DNA of 50,681 bases from a virus (Duplodnaviria; Caudoviricetes), in IMG/VR virus record IMGVR_UViG_3300011335_000873, positions 1-50,681 of that record; one strand, written 5' to 3'. This document shows positions 37,109 to 45,630 of the stretch, one piece after another (position 1 is the stretch's first letter; each line of letters opens with the position of its first letter). The notes beneath the pieces were generated by a model. The model was not told where the DNA came from. It saw only the letters and a program-made list of their open reading frames with translations, and ran no database searches. Made by a program: the position numbers and the translations under genes.

Positions 37109-37663
37109 ATGGCAAGTACTAGTACTAATAAATCACCTTGCCTTATTGACCGTCCTTTTCTGCGTGGGGCACGGATCAGTAACGGAACTACTGTTGTCAG
37201 TCCCACAAACCCCGCCTTTAGTGATCTCGTTCAATTAGTACGTGTGGGGGATTTACCCACAGAAGATGCTGGTCTTGTTGAAGATATTTTTGTTGTTAGT
37301 AATGAAGGGTATCCAAACCGCAGCGGTATTCGTACATGCGCGCTCGGGTTCTATGTGTACGCCCCTAACCAAGCTTCGCCTTCAACATCTACTGCACTAT
37401 TAATTTCTAAAGTTGAAGTCGGTCTCAGTGGCGGCACTGAAGGCATGATTCAACATTTAGAGTTGCCTGCTGTCTTGGCGCCTGTTCCCTCCGTGGGCGA
37501 TACTAATTTACTCCGTCCCATTGAAACAGGGAAGGGCGAAGGGCTTTATCTTGAGAAAGGTTACATACTTTGTGCTGGTTATCTTGGGAACGGACCTTCC
37601 TCTGTGTCTGGTGGCTTAAGTCCTTCTGGTATTACTATCTGGGCTCAGGGTGGCTTCTATTAA
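37109..37663 (+). CDS. putative tail/structural protein
   Basis: Beta-rich; ends AQGGFY; GGAG RBS. Confidence 0.6.
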   Translation: MASTSTNKSPCLIDRPFLRGARISNGTTVVSPTNPAFSDLVQLVRVGDLPTEDAGLVEDIFVVSNEGYPNRSGIRTCALGFYVYAPNQASPSTSTALLISKVEVGLSGGTEGMIQHLELPAVLAPVPSVGDTNLLRPIETGKGEGLYLEKGYILCAGYLGNGPSSVSGGLSPSGITIWAQGGFY

Positions 37664-37666
37664 GTC

Positions 37667-39205
37667 GTGTCCCGTAAAAAAGGATCAGATAACTTTAATT
37701 TTAAAAACAAAATAGGAATAGAGTCTGTCAAGCCAGTAGGGTCTATTAAAGGTTCTGACGACCCTAATCAGCTTCTGAGACCTTTACCTTTTGAGAGAAG
37801 GTTTAGGCCCGCTGTAGGCACAAAAGACTTTGGTATTCTTAGCGATTATAACTACGCCTCCGTTTGGTCTCGTTGGCGTCGTGGTTATGAGCTTAGTATG
37901 TACACCCAGGGTGCTAATAGCGGTTTAGTCTATTCTTCATTTAAATATTACGTATCAGGCACTGCCGGAGTTGGCGGGTACATCCCTGGAATATTTTTTG
38001 TCTACCCCACCACTCGTGCAGACACCCGAATGCACATGGTTGGTATTCGGCCCAGGGATACATTTAACTTTCTTGACTTTGGTATTTCTGTTGCAGAAGT
38101 AACTCTTTACGATGAAACAACATACGCTGTAAAGCTTAGTCAAAATTTTGGATCACCTATCTCATACTTCCACGGGGAAGTTTTATCAAATAGGTTTAAT
38201 TCAGATGGTACTTCAAAAACCTATGGTTATAACAATTACACAGTAATCGGTGTTGGTACGGATGGAGTCATAGTAGAGCCAAGTATAAATCCAATATTTA
38301 ATACCTTGTTTTTGTCCGTAGCTGCAAACACAAGTTGGACCGTGGTTGATGCAAATACTATGGCTGTTCCGGCCACTGGGCCTCCTGCTATCGGAGAATT
38401 TTTAACAACAGAAATTCGCGTACAATGTTCGTGCCAAGATTTTCTTAATAGAGAAGGATTTAATTTATACGACACTTCAATAAAACAACGATATCCGTTT
38501 ACCCGAGTACAGAATATTGATGCAGGTTATTATGATGCAGGGTCTTCTGCGGATACTCGTGTTTCCACTTCTAGCGACTACCCCGGATACGCAAGAACTT
38601 TTGGTTTTATTTATCTTAATGAAATTTATAACCTTGCTACGTATTCCGATACTGCTCTATATTCAGATCCGCAACTCTTTTACTTCCAACCTAAATGGTG
38701 CAAACACATTTATGCAGCTTTTTGGGATTTATACAGAAAATATGGTTTAGAAGGATCCACATCATATTATCTACCTCAACCTAATGATGAACCTATGAAT
38801 GAGTATTATCGAGAAAAATTTGAAAAAGATCTAATTAAACAAACAGATTTTCTTAAACGAAATAAAGATTTCGCGTGGTGGCAAAAATACAGCCCTACTT
38901 TGAGCGATTTGCCTAGGCGCCTGTTGTATTCCGATACATACAATATGGTTGCTAAAACTTTGAATTTTGGGCAATTAGAAGATCTTACAGAGTTGCAAGA
39001 TACTAATTTTCAAATGTATACGATAGATCAGTTTGACCCATTGAATCCAGCTGGGTTACCTCAAGACACGTATGACGGCGGAACTTATGCTAACGGGGAA
39101 TTGGTTATTCAGCCAACTACAATTTTAGACGGGGGCTTGTATAGTAATGGGGAGCTAATACCTCCTGCTACCTACCCTGCATTTATAAACGGAGGCACTT
39201 ACTAG
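37667..39205 (+). CDS. putative structural protein with split SWIM-like Zn motif
   Basis: VQCSCQDF ... WCKHIYAA; C-terminal DGGTY/DGGLY/NGGTY repeats. Confidence 0.55.
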   Translation: MSRKKGSDNFNFKNKIGIESVKPVGSIKGSDDPNQLLRPLPFERRFRPAVGTKDFGILSDYNYASVWSRWRRGYELSMYTQGANSGLVYSSFKYYVSGTAGVGGYIPGIFFVYPTTRADTRMHMVGIRPRDTFNFLDFGISVAEVTLYDETTYAVKLSQNFGSPISYFHGEVLSNRFNSDGTSKTYGYNNYTVIGVGTDGVIVEPSINPIFNTLFLSVAANTSWTVVDANTMAVPATGPPAIGEFLTTEIRVQCSCQDFLNREGFNLYDTSIKQRYPFTRVQNIDAGYYDAGSSADTRVSTSSDYPGYARTFGFIYLNEIYNLATYSDTALYSDPQLFYFQPKWCKHIYAAFWDLYRKYGLEGSTSYYLPQPNDEPMNEYYREKFEKDLIKQTDFLKRNKDFAWWQKYSPTLSDLPRRLLYSDTYNMVAKTLNFGQLEDLTELQDTNFQMYTIDQFDPLNPAGLPQDTYDGGTYANGELVIQPTTILDGGLYSNGELIPPATYPAFINGGTY

Positions 39206-39206
39206 T

Positions 39207-39794
39207 ATGACATCCACTCCCGTAATTTCCCTACTAAAACGTTCAGGGAACTCATCCGATAGACCTAGCGGTACTGTTGTAGTTAACGGTGAGCTTGCAC
39301 TAAGTTTTGGTGCGGCTGATCCCGGTTTGTACTTTGAGGATTCTGCTGGCGGTATACGCAAACTAGGTCCTCCCGGATACGGTACGACCGCACCTAACTC
39401 CACTCCAGTTGGTCTTCCGGGTAATTCCCGAGGTGAACTGTGGGTAGATTCCAACAGTTCGGCGTATTACTTAAAAGTTTGGACCGGTTCCGCGTGGCAA
39501 AAGATCTATGCCAGTTTTGCTGACACAGCGGAACATGCAAATACAGCAAATTCTTGTATTATCGCTAGCGGCACCATAAGCTCTTTTGCGGATACAGCTT
39601 TACTGGCCAGTGGAGCGATATTAGCCAGCGGTGTTGTGACTGCTGTCGGTAAGGCTGTGGCAGCTGTTGTTACTAGCGGGTTACCTGCCCCTTTGACGTA
39701 CCCTTCAGGTTCTTTGGTTTATCAAACCCAAAGTTCTGGAACAGCTCCAAGCGGATTGTATATCCGAGTACTTAATGGATGGGCCTTTACTTAG
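39207..39794 (+). CDS. tail fibre-like protein
   Basis: LKRS...RP...GELAL...PGLYFEDSAG...GELWVD...LKVWTGSAW fibre motifs. Confidence 0.7.
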   Translation: MTSTPVISLLKRSGNSSDRPSGTVVVNGELALSFGAADPGLYFEDSAGGIRKLGPPGYGTTAPNSTPVGLPGNSRGELWVDSNSSAYYLKVWTGSAWQKIYASFADTAEHANTANSCIIASGTISSFADTALLASGAILASGVVTAVGKAVAAVVTSGLPAPLTYPSGSLVYQTQSSGTAPSGLYIRVLNGWAFT

Positions 39795-40329
39795 ACCGCA
39801 ACGTGGCTTTAAGCATCCAAGCAGCTTTAAACATAGCTCCAGCAACGTCTGCCAAATAATTTTGAACATCAACGGCTTCTATGTCTTCTGCGTACTTAGA
39901 AACAGTCTTGGCTTGCATACCAGCATCGTCTATGTTCTTTAAATAAGTAGTAAGCATATTCCTAGTGTCGTAATCTTTTACGTGTTTAAAACTTTTGTGT
40001 GCTTGCAGTAAACATTTCTGGCACAAGGGAACTAGATAATCCAAACTACGTACAAATTCACCTATAGTGTCAAACTGCGTAATGTGAGCTTCATACTGAT
40101 CTTTTAAAAATGCGTGAAGCGGGAAGAACAAAGGTCCTTCTATGTTTAAGTGAATTAAATGTGCTTGAGCATATAGTTGATGAAGGAAAGAGGCATAGTC
40201 AATTAAATTTTCAACTAGACCTTGTACGGTCTTGCCGCTTTCCTCCATTTGTTGAACAATAACTGGCTCGGACTCCGTAGCAACCGTGGGAGAAAATTGA
40301 TTCATGGTAAAAGAGTCCGAGTAAGTCAT
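39787..40329 (-). CDS. dps: Dps / ferritin-like protein
   Basis: HLIHLNIEGPLFFPLHAFLKDQYE...DTIGE ferroxidase motif; KAAWML C-terminus. Confidence 0.88.
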   Translation of the reverse strand: MTYSDSFTMNQFSPTVATESEPVIVQQMEESGKTVQGLVENLIDYASFLHQLYAQAHLIHLNIEGPLFFPLHAFLKDQYEAHITQFDTIGEFVRSLDYLVPLCQKCLLQAHKSFKHVKDYDTRNMLTTYLKNIDDAGMQAKTVSKYAEDIEAVDVQNYLADVAGAMFKAAWMLKATLRSK

Positions 40330-40330
40330 A

Positions 40331-40597
40331 TCAAAGCGAGCAGGAGCTACTAGCCTCGATGTTCTGCTCCTCTATGCTAGCTTCCTCATCGGCAACCCGG
40401 AGAAAATTTTGCAAAGCTTCTTTATCCACGCGGAAGAGAGACTTTGCTCCGTTTGGTTGGAGGTTGATATAAAGGGACTTAGGCCAACCACCAGGCTGAT
40501 TTCCCTCAGACAACGCAATACGCTTGCGCACGAATCCACTAGAGCAGTTAAGTAATTTCGCCGTTTCGGCAATCGTCAAAAGAGTTTTCGGTTCCAT
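40331..40597 (-). CDS. excisionase/MerR-like HTH protein
   Basis: LLTIAETAKLLNCSSGFVRKRI...FRVDKEALQNFL. Confidence 0.75.
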   Translation of the reverse strand: MEPKTLLTIAETAKLLNCSSGFVRKRIALSEGNQPGGWPKSLYINLQPNGAKSLFRVDKEALQNFLRVADEEASIEEQNIEASSSCSL

Positions 40598-40774
40598 CTA
40601 CCAGGTATGGCGGAGATTGTAGGCAAACATATGCTAGCTATAGTTTTTATGAGCGCAATACACTTAAGCACAACTCACTTCTTCTTTAGATTTCCAATAA
40701 ATTAATTTTTAATATTTTATAATTCTGTAAATGCTTACTACTTATGTGCGTATAGTGAACTGTATGTAAACGTA

Positions 40775-41077
40775 TTGCTGGGTTTACTTACTGGCTACAA
40801 TGGGGGCAGCTGTAGTAAACCGGTGGGAGTTCAGTACCAGGACGATCCAAGCAATTTACAGTGCGGACTTACGTTGGAAGATGACTTTACTTTAACTAGA
40901 ATTAGGAACAAGGCCCACTCCTTGCAAAACAAGGACCGTGACCAGTTTCTGTGGACTATTGTGTACCGCCTGATCTGCCGCGAACGAGCTTATCGTGCTG
41001 TGATGGACGAGGTAGGCATTTCCGTGGACACTAACGTAGCTCTATTTGAGGATGACAATGCCCTCTCCGATAACTGA
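40775..41077 (+). CDS. nblA: NblA phycobilisome degradation protein homologue (true start probably GTG 40823)
   Basis: LTLEDDF...FL...RERAY aligns without gaps to the NblA pattern LSLEQQF...DFL...REATY recalled for Anabaena NblA. Confidence 0.75.
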   Translation: MLGLLTGYNGGSCSKPVGVQYQDDPSNLQCGLTLEDDFTLTRIRNKAHSLQNKDRDQFLWTIVYRLICRERAYRAVMDEVGISVDTNVALFEDDNALSDN

Positions 41078-42443
41078 TCCCAACGCCCGCAAGTGGCTGG
41101 ACGCTATTGCGTACGCCGAAGGAACTGACCGTAACCTGACGGGAGATAACGGCTACAACGTTATTTTTGGCGGCGGTACTTTTAAAAATTTGAGTCGTCA
41201 CCCAGATCGAGTTATTTCCGGTGGGGGATACTCCAGTGCGGCAGCTGGCAGGTATCAGTTTATGCCTGATACTTGGAAAGGTACAGCAGCAAAACTGGGA
41301 CTTAAAGATTTCGGACCAGCGGCTCAAGATTTAGCGGCGGTCCAACTTATGAAGCAGCGTGGTGTCGATCCATATTCTGCGCCGTTTAACCCTCAAAACA
41401 TTGCCAAATTAGCTCCCGAGTGGGCTTCGCTACCTACTTTGGCTGGTAAAAGTTACTACGGTCAACCCGTAGTGTCTTTTGAAAAAATTCAAAAAGCTGT
41501 TGAAGCTTCTCGTTATAACTTTCCTAGACAAGGTGAGGTTAGTCGTTTTGCTGGAGGCCAAACAACAAGTGAAGTTCCGGGACAATTTAAACTTCCTGAT
41601 TTCAATTTAAATGGACGAATTGAACAAGCCCTTGTAGGAAATATTTTAAACAGCGCTATGTCCCCTGCGGGAAATGATCAATCTCTATATAACGCAATTG
41701 CTCTTAATTACGCTGCCGCAGAATTAGCTAACAGTGAAAATCCTGACGATCAGGTTAAAGCAGAGGAATATCAATCTAAAGCAATGAGCGCAATGCTCTC
41801 CTCGTCTCCTGCTGGGCTCAGTCCCACAGATATCTTAAATACTGTTGCTAAACTAAAGCAACAAGAAGCGGGATATAACGAAAATGCTTCTCAGCTTGAA
41901 GCATTTATTAATAGCGTTCGTGGGACGCAAGGGGCTCAGCAAGCCATTCAGAATGCTCAAACCGCAGCAAAACCGACACAAGGTGTTGCCTACACAGGAG
42001 TCTCTATAACAAACCCGAACGATACTGGCGGGAAAGGTATGGAGTTTGGTATTGAGGGAGGTAATAGAGGAGCTAAGTTTGTGTCCCCTTTTCAAGCAGA
42101 AGTTTTAAAAGTAACTAAAGACCCTAGAGAATTTAACTTAGAGAAAGGAGCTACCGCTCGTGGTTATGGAAATAATGTTGAGCTTAGATTTAAAACACCT
42201 GAAGGAAAAGTAGTAGATACCTTGGTTGCTCATTTCGATCAACTAAATCCTAATATTAAGCCAGGCGATATAGTAAATCCGGGTACATATCTAGGAACTC
42301 AAGGTCGGACTGGATCCACCACTGGGGCTCATATCTCTATGGATTTCTTTAATCCTGGTTCTACTTCAGCAGACGCAGAGGTCATGAAGATTAAAGATTT
42401 TATTCGTGATAGAATTGGGAAAGGTCTTCCGGTTTTCGGATAA
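41046..42443 (+). CDS. muramidase (lambda-lysozyme/GH104-like) fused to a degenerate M23-like domain
   Basis: WLDAIAYAEGT, GYNVIFGG, AAGRYQF and EWASLP; C-terminal GYGN...AHF...QGRTGSTTGAHIS. Start probably 41058. Confidence 0.85.
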   Translation: MRMTMPSPITDPNARKWLDAIAYAEGTDRNLTGDNGYNVIFGGGTFKNLSRHPDRVISGGGYSSAAAGRYQFMPDTWKGTAAKLGLKDFGPAAQDLAAVQLMKQRGVDPYSAPFNPQNIAKLAPEWASLPTLAGKSYYGQPVVSFEKIQKAVEASRYNFPRQGEVSRFAGGQTTSEVPGQFKLPDFNLNGRIEQALVGNILNSAMSPAGNDQSLYNAIALNYAAAELANSENPDDQVKAEEYQSKAMSAMLSSSPAGLSPTDILNTVAKLKQQEAGYNENASQLEAFINSVRGTQGAQQAIQNAQTAAKPTQGVAYTGVSITNPNDTGGKGMEFGIEGGNRGAKFVSPFQAEVLKVTKDPREFNLEKGATARGYGNNVELRFKTPEGKVVDTLVAHFDQLNPNIKPGDIVNPGTYLGTQGRTGSTTGAHISMDFFNPGSTSADAEVMKIKDFIRDRIGKGLPVFG

Positions 42444-43162
42444 TGGCATCTAAAGGGTTAGCTCAAAATGTTGCAGCTATTGCTGGATTAAATCAAATCG
42501 GAGCTAATACAGCTGTTGCGCAACAAAGTACACTTGGTTATCAACAGCAACAGGCAGATCTTTTAAATGCAATTAAAAATTTATCGGGCCTCACTACACC
42601 TCAAAGTCTTGCCGAGTATCGTAAAAATTTTGGAACAGTTATAACTGGAGTAACTGAAGCATATCAAAAACGATTGGCTGGTTTTACACCGGGTTTATTA
42701 GCCTCACCTTCCTTTACAGGAATGAATACAGCCATAAGTAATCAAATGGCAGACTATGGTACAAGAGTACTGAGTGATTTTGGTACTGTTGGTGCTCAAG
42801 TACAAAAAGCTGGATCTAAAGCTTCTCAAAATCTTGGAAGTATTTCACAAAAGTATATGCAACAAACCAATCAAGCAGGCGCTGCTGGAGTTAAAACTAC
42901 TGCAGATTTGTCTAACAAATATATTCAAAATCTTCAAGGAATGGGGTCAGCTGGTGTTTCTTCATTAGGCAGCACCAGTGAGCGTGGTGCTACTAGGTTG
43001 TACGGTACTTTGGCTGCTCCTATATCAGCGTTCCAAAGTATTAAAGGTGATTCCGCATTTTCAAATTTGGCCAATCCTGCGTTTATGCAGTTAGCTGCTA
43101 AACCTCCCACGGTTACTTCTGATGTAGGGTCTATGGCAAGTCTTTATAAATATAATGTTTAA
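42443..43162 (+). CDS. putative internal virion / ejection protein
   Basis: Q/A/G/S-rich helical repeats; coupled to the muramidase gene. Confidence 0.55.
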   Translation: MASKGLAQNVAAIAGLNQIGANTAVAQQSTLGYQQQQADLLNAIKNLSGLTTPQSLAEYRKNFGTVITGVTEAYQKRLAGFTPGLLASPSFTGMNTAISNQMADYGTRVLSDFGTVGAQVQKAGSKASQNLGSISQKYMQQTNQAGAAGVKTTADLSNKYIQNLQGMGSAGVSSLGSTSERGATRLYGTLAAPISAFQSIKGDSAFSNLANPAFMQLAAKPPTVTSDVGSMASLYKYNV

Positions 43163-43451
43163 TCGGCATATTCGACCTTCTCTTCACGAAAGTCGAGTTT
43201 CGTATCAAATAGATAAACCCTCTTATAAACACGAAAAACGACTTGATCGTTATTTTCCAATGCGTTTAGCGGGAGAAATCTGGGGAGAGACTGACGAATC
43301 AAGAAAAAAAGAGCTTGATCGTATCAATTTAAGAAGCTCGTCCATGCAAGCTCCTGTTGGACTTGGTTTTGGCGTGGGTGATAACTTTGGACCGGATGAG
43401 AGTTATGGTTCTCCTGAATACCTCAGCAGTACACCCGACCGATATTACTAA
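43155..43451 (+). CDS. hypothetical protein
   Basis: 98 aa; RLAG motif. Confidence 0.5.
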   Translation: MFNRHIRPSLHESRVSYQIDKPSYKHEKRLDRYFPMRLAGEIWGETDESRKKELDRINLRSSSMQAPVGLGFGVGDNFGPDESYGSPEYLSSTPDRYY

Positions 43452-44001
43452 ATAATCCATAAAATTCTTCAATACGTTTTCTAGGGTTGTGCATCTTAGG
43501 AAAGTACAAAATAAAACCAAAGCATTTTGCATTGGTTAGTTTAGGCAACCCCGGTTCGTCTATATGAAGTTCTGGTCGTTGACTTAGTATGCACAAAGGC
43601 ATATCTATATCCAGTTTTTGAGTCACTAATAAAGCTACTTCTGTCGAAGTTAAAAAAACAAGACCTTCGTCGAACTCATTTTTCCTGTATCGACGTAAAC
43701 AATCCTCAAGCCATACTCGCTGAGCGGACTTTACGAATCTTTTGTTCCTGCGAAAAAGTCTATGGTCTTTGGGTTGCTCATGCCCAAACAAAAAATCCCG
43801 TGGGGGGTACAAGTATATGTTTTTAGCTTTCCAAACTTGATTAAGTCCATTATTTTCGTGCGTAAAGTATTTGTCTGCGCACACCAATTGATTTGCGTGT
43901 TCGCTTGATGCCGGATCTAATTCAATTTGACCGTCAAAAAAAGAAGTGGCTGTTCCAACAACCTCAGGAGGCGAAACAAAATCGACATTAGCTAACGGCA
44001 T
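43423..44001 (-). CDS. phage DNA adenine methyltransferase-like protein with altered catalytic motif
   Basis: IELDPASS..AN, YFT..NNGL...W pattern; YPPR in place of NPPY. Confidence 0.7.
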   Translation of the reverse strand: MPLANVDFVSPPEVVGTATSFFDGQIELDPASSEHANQLVCADKYFTHENNGLNQVWKAKNIYLYPPRDFLFGHEQPKDHRLFRRNKRFVKSAQRVWLEDCLRRYRKNEFDEGLVFLTSTEVALLVTQKLDIDMPLCILSQRPELHIDEPGLPKLTNAKCFGFILYFPKMHNPRKRIEEFYGLFSNIGRVYC

Positions 44002-44404
44002 CTACCAAATGCTCAATCCTTTCGTCGATAGAGTCTAAATCGATTTGGTGTGCAGTCAGGCCACTATAACTAGCCATAACAATCACGGGATTCTTCTTAA
44101 CATCTTCTTTTTGTACCAAATTCATGAGTTTTTTAAGAAATTCTGCCATTGGAGCATCGCACAACTCTTCTGCCCGAGCTACATCCGTTTGAATGTCTTT
44201 CAAAGTCATATATTGACTCTGACTCGGCTTGCTTGGGTTAAAAAACAAAGCCCCATCGCCCTTTGCTGCCGCAAACTCAGCACTTAGCGTGACAATATCA
44301 CTCAACAAGAGCTTCATTGTGCTCTTGGCTACACGATTTTTGATCTCGTCTGTTCCGAAAATGGTAGCAGCGAGTTTTTTAGCTGTTTTTCCTAGGTTAA
44401 GCAT
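43988..44404 (-). CDS. hypothetical protein
   Basis: 138-aa coupled ORF. Confidence 0.7.
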   Translation of the reverse strand: MLNLGKTAKKLAATIFGTDEIKNRVAKSTMKLLLSDIVTLSAEFAAAKGDGALFFNPSKPSQSQYMTLKDIQTDVARAEELCDAPMAEFLKKLMNLVQKEDVKKNPVIVMASYSGLTAHQIDLDSIDERIEHLVDAVS

Positions 44405-44738
44405 CGTAGTTCTGAAAAGAATTCCAGGCGTCTGCTAGGACTTTAGCAGAGTCATACAAGAAATTGCTGGTGTTAGTTTCCGTAGGATCAAGTTTGCAAT
44501 AATGACGCCCCTCGACCAAACCAGACTTGCCTTTAGACGTTATTCCTTGATACACCAATTTATCTATGGAAACAGAGTTAAGTCCCAAACGTTCTGCCAA
44601 AGCTTTTTTGCTTATGAACGCCGTGGTTACATTACCCGATTTGGTGTTTGCTAATACCTGTAAAGATGTATCTATACTTCGCAATACTGCGACGGCTTCT
44701 TTGATTGGAAGTGTGATTGTTTCTTTAAATTCAAACAT
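44397..44738 (-). CDS. HTH-type DNA-binding protein
   Basis: FISKKALAERLGLNSVSIDKLV...LVEGRHY; likely start MFEFKE. Confidence 0.6.
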   Translation of the reverse strand: MFEFKETITLPIKEAVAVLRSIDTSLQVLANTKSGNVTTAFISKKALAERLGLNSVSIDKLVYQGITSKGKSGLVEGRHYCKLDPTETNTSNFLYDSAKVLADAWNSFQNYDA

Positions 44739-44795
44739 GATGTTTAAATAGGTGTAGGAGGTGCCTTTGCCCCTGGCGCCAGGCACAAAAGATCA

Positions 44796-44877
44796 GTTGC
44801 CGCGAACCCGAAAAGGCTAAAAGTGTTCGCCCTCCTACGTTACCGCCTCTTGGCCTTTCTTACAAGTGACGGCAAAC
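44796..44877. ncRNA. candidate structured RNA with complementary loops
   Basis: Closing stem TTGCCG/CGGCAA and two inner hairpins whose loops carry AAAGGC and GCCTTT. Confidence 0.4.
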
Positions 44878-44882
44878 ACAGC

Positions 44883-45299
44883 TTACAGGAGATTCTCCAA
44901 CTGGGTCACGAAATCCTTAGGTTCTTCAATAAGCAAACCTATGAGTTTGGTTATCTTGTCGTTAAGAACCGAAGGAGATGCTTCCCGTTCGTTCAGCAAA
45001 AGCCAGTAGCTGTAAGCATTTAGCAGGTACAGGTGAGTCTGCTTGGCCCGCAATGCCTGGGCTTTCCACTTCTCAAACTCAAAGGAGGACCCGTGGCGAC
45101 TGCTGCCAGTCTTAAGCTCCAGTTCACGGATCTCGACCTGCAAATCAATATCTTGAATTGTGTACTGTAACGCCGAGATCTTAGCCTGACACTCCAATAT
45201 AGAAGTCGGTTCAGGGTTATCTGTGTACAACCAAGAAGGTAGGTTGTCGATAACGTAACGTTCGTTCCAAAGATTTACTTTAACTTCCGGAAAGCTCAT
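44883..45299 (-). CDS. hypothetical coiled-coil protein
   Basis: 138-aa ORF in operon. Confidence 0.7.
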   Translation of the reverse strand: MSFPEVKVNLWNERYVIDNLPSWLYTDNPEPTSILECQAKISALQYTIQDIDLQVEIRELELKTGSSRHGSSFEFEKWKAQALRAKQTHLYLLNAYSYWLLLNEREASPSVLNDKITKLIGLLIEEPKDFVTQLENLL

Positions 45300-45630
45300 C
45301 GTATTTAAGCAAGGTTTTTATGAAGTCCAGGTAGTGTCCATTTATAACATAGAGCGTGTGGGATTCAAAGTCAGTTCTAATCACAAGTTTGCAATTTTGA
45401 AGTTCTTTGAGATCTTTAAAAACTCTAGTCTTAGGAAACCTCAATGATGTAATCAGTTCGCTAGCGGACATTACCCGCTCGTACACTAGCACACACAACA
45501 GGTCTGCGTTTTTAATAACAAGCTTGCTGACTTCCTTAGCTTGTCTATCGTGCGCATACTCAATAAAACTCCGTACTTTACCTCTATAAGTTCCTGTAGA
45601 GTCTTGCTTGATATACCTTTTTGTAGCCAT
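45280..45630 (-). CDS. winged-helix-like protein (start uncertain)
   Basis: MSASELITSLRFPKTRVFKDLKELQNCKLV. Confidence 0.55.
   Translation of the reverse strand: MATKRYIKQDSTGTYRGKVRSFIEYAHDRQAKEVSKLVIKNADLLCVLVYERVMSASELITSLRFPKTRVFKDLKELQNCKLVIRTDFESHTLYVINGHYLDFIKTLLKYDELSGS

Noticed and set aside
40331-40597. Excisionase implying an integrated prophage
   Set aside because: No integrase, att site or host genes in the window; this HTH class is common in lytic phages.
40727-40738. NtcA-like site upstream of nblA
   Set aside because: Spacing is GTA-N6-TAC, not GTA-N8-TAC.
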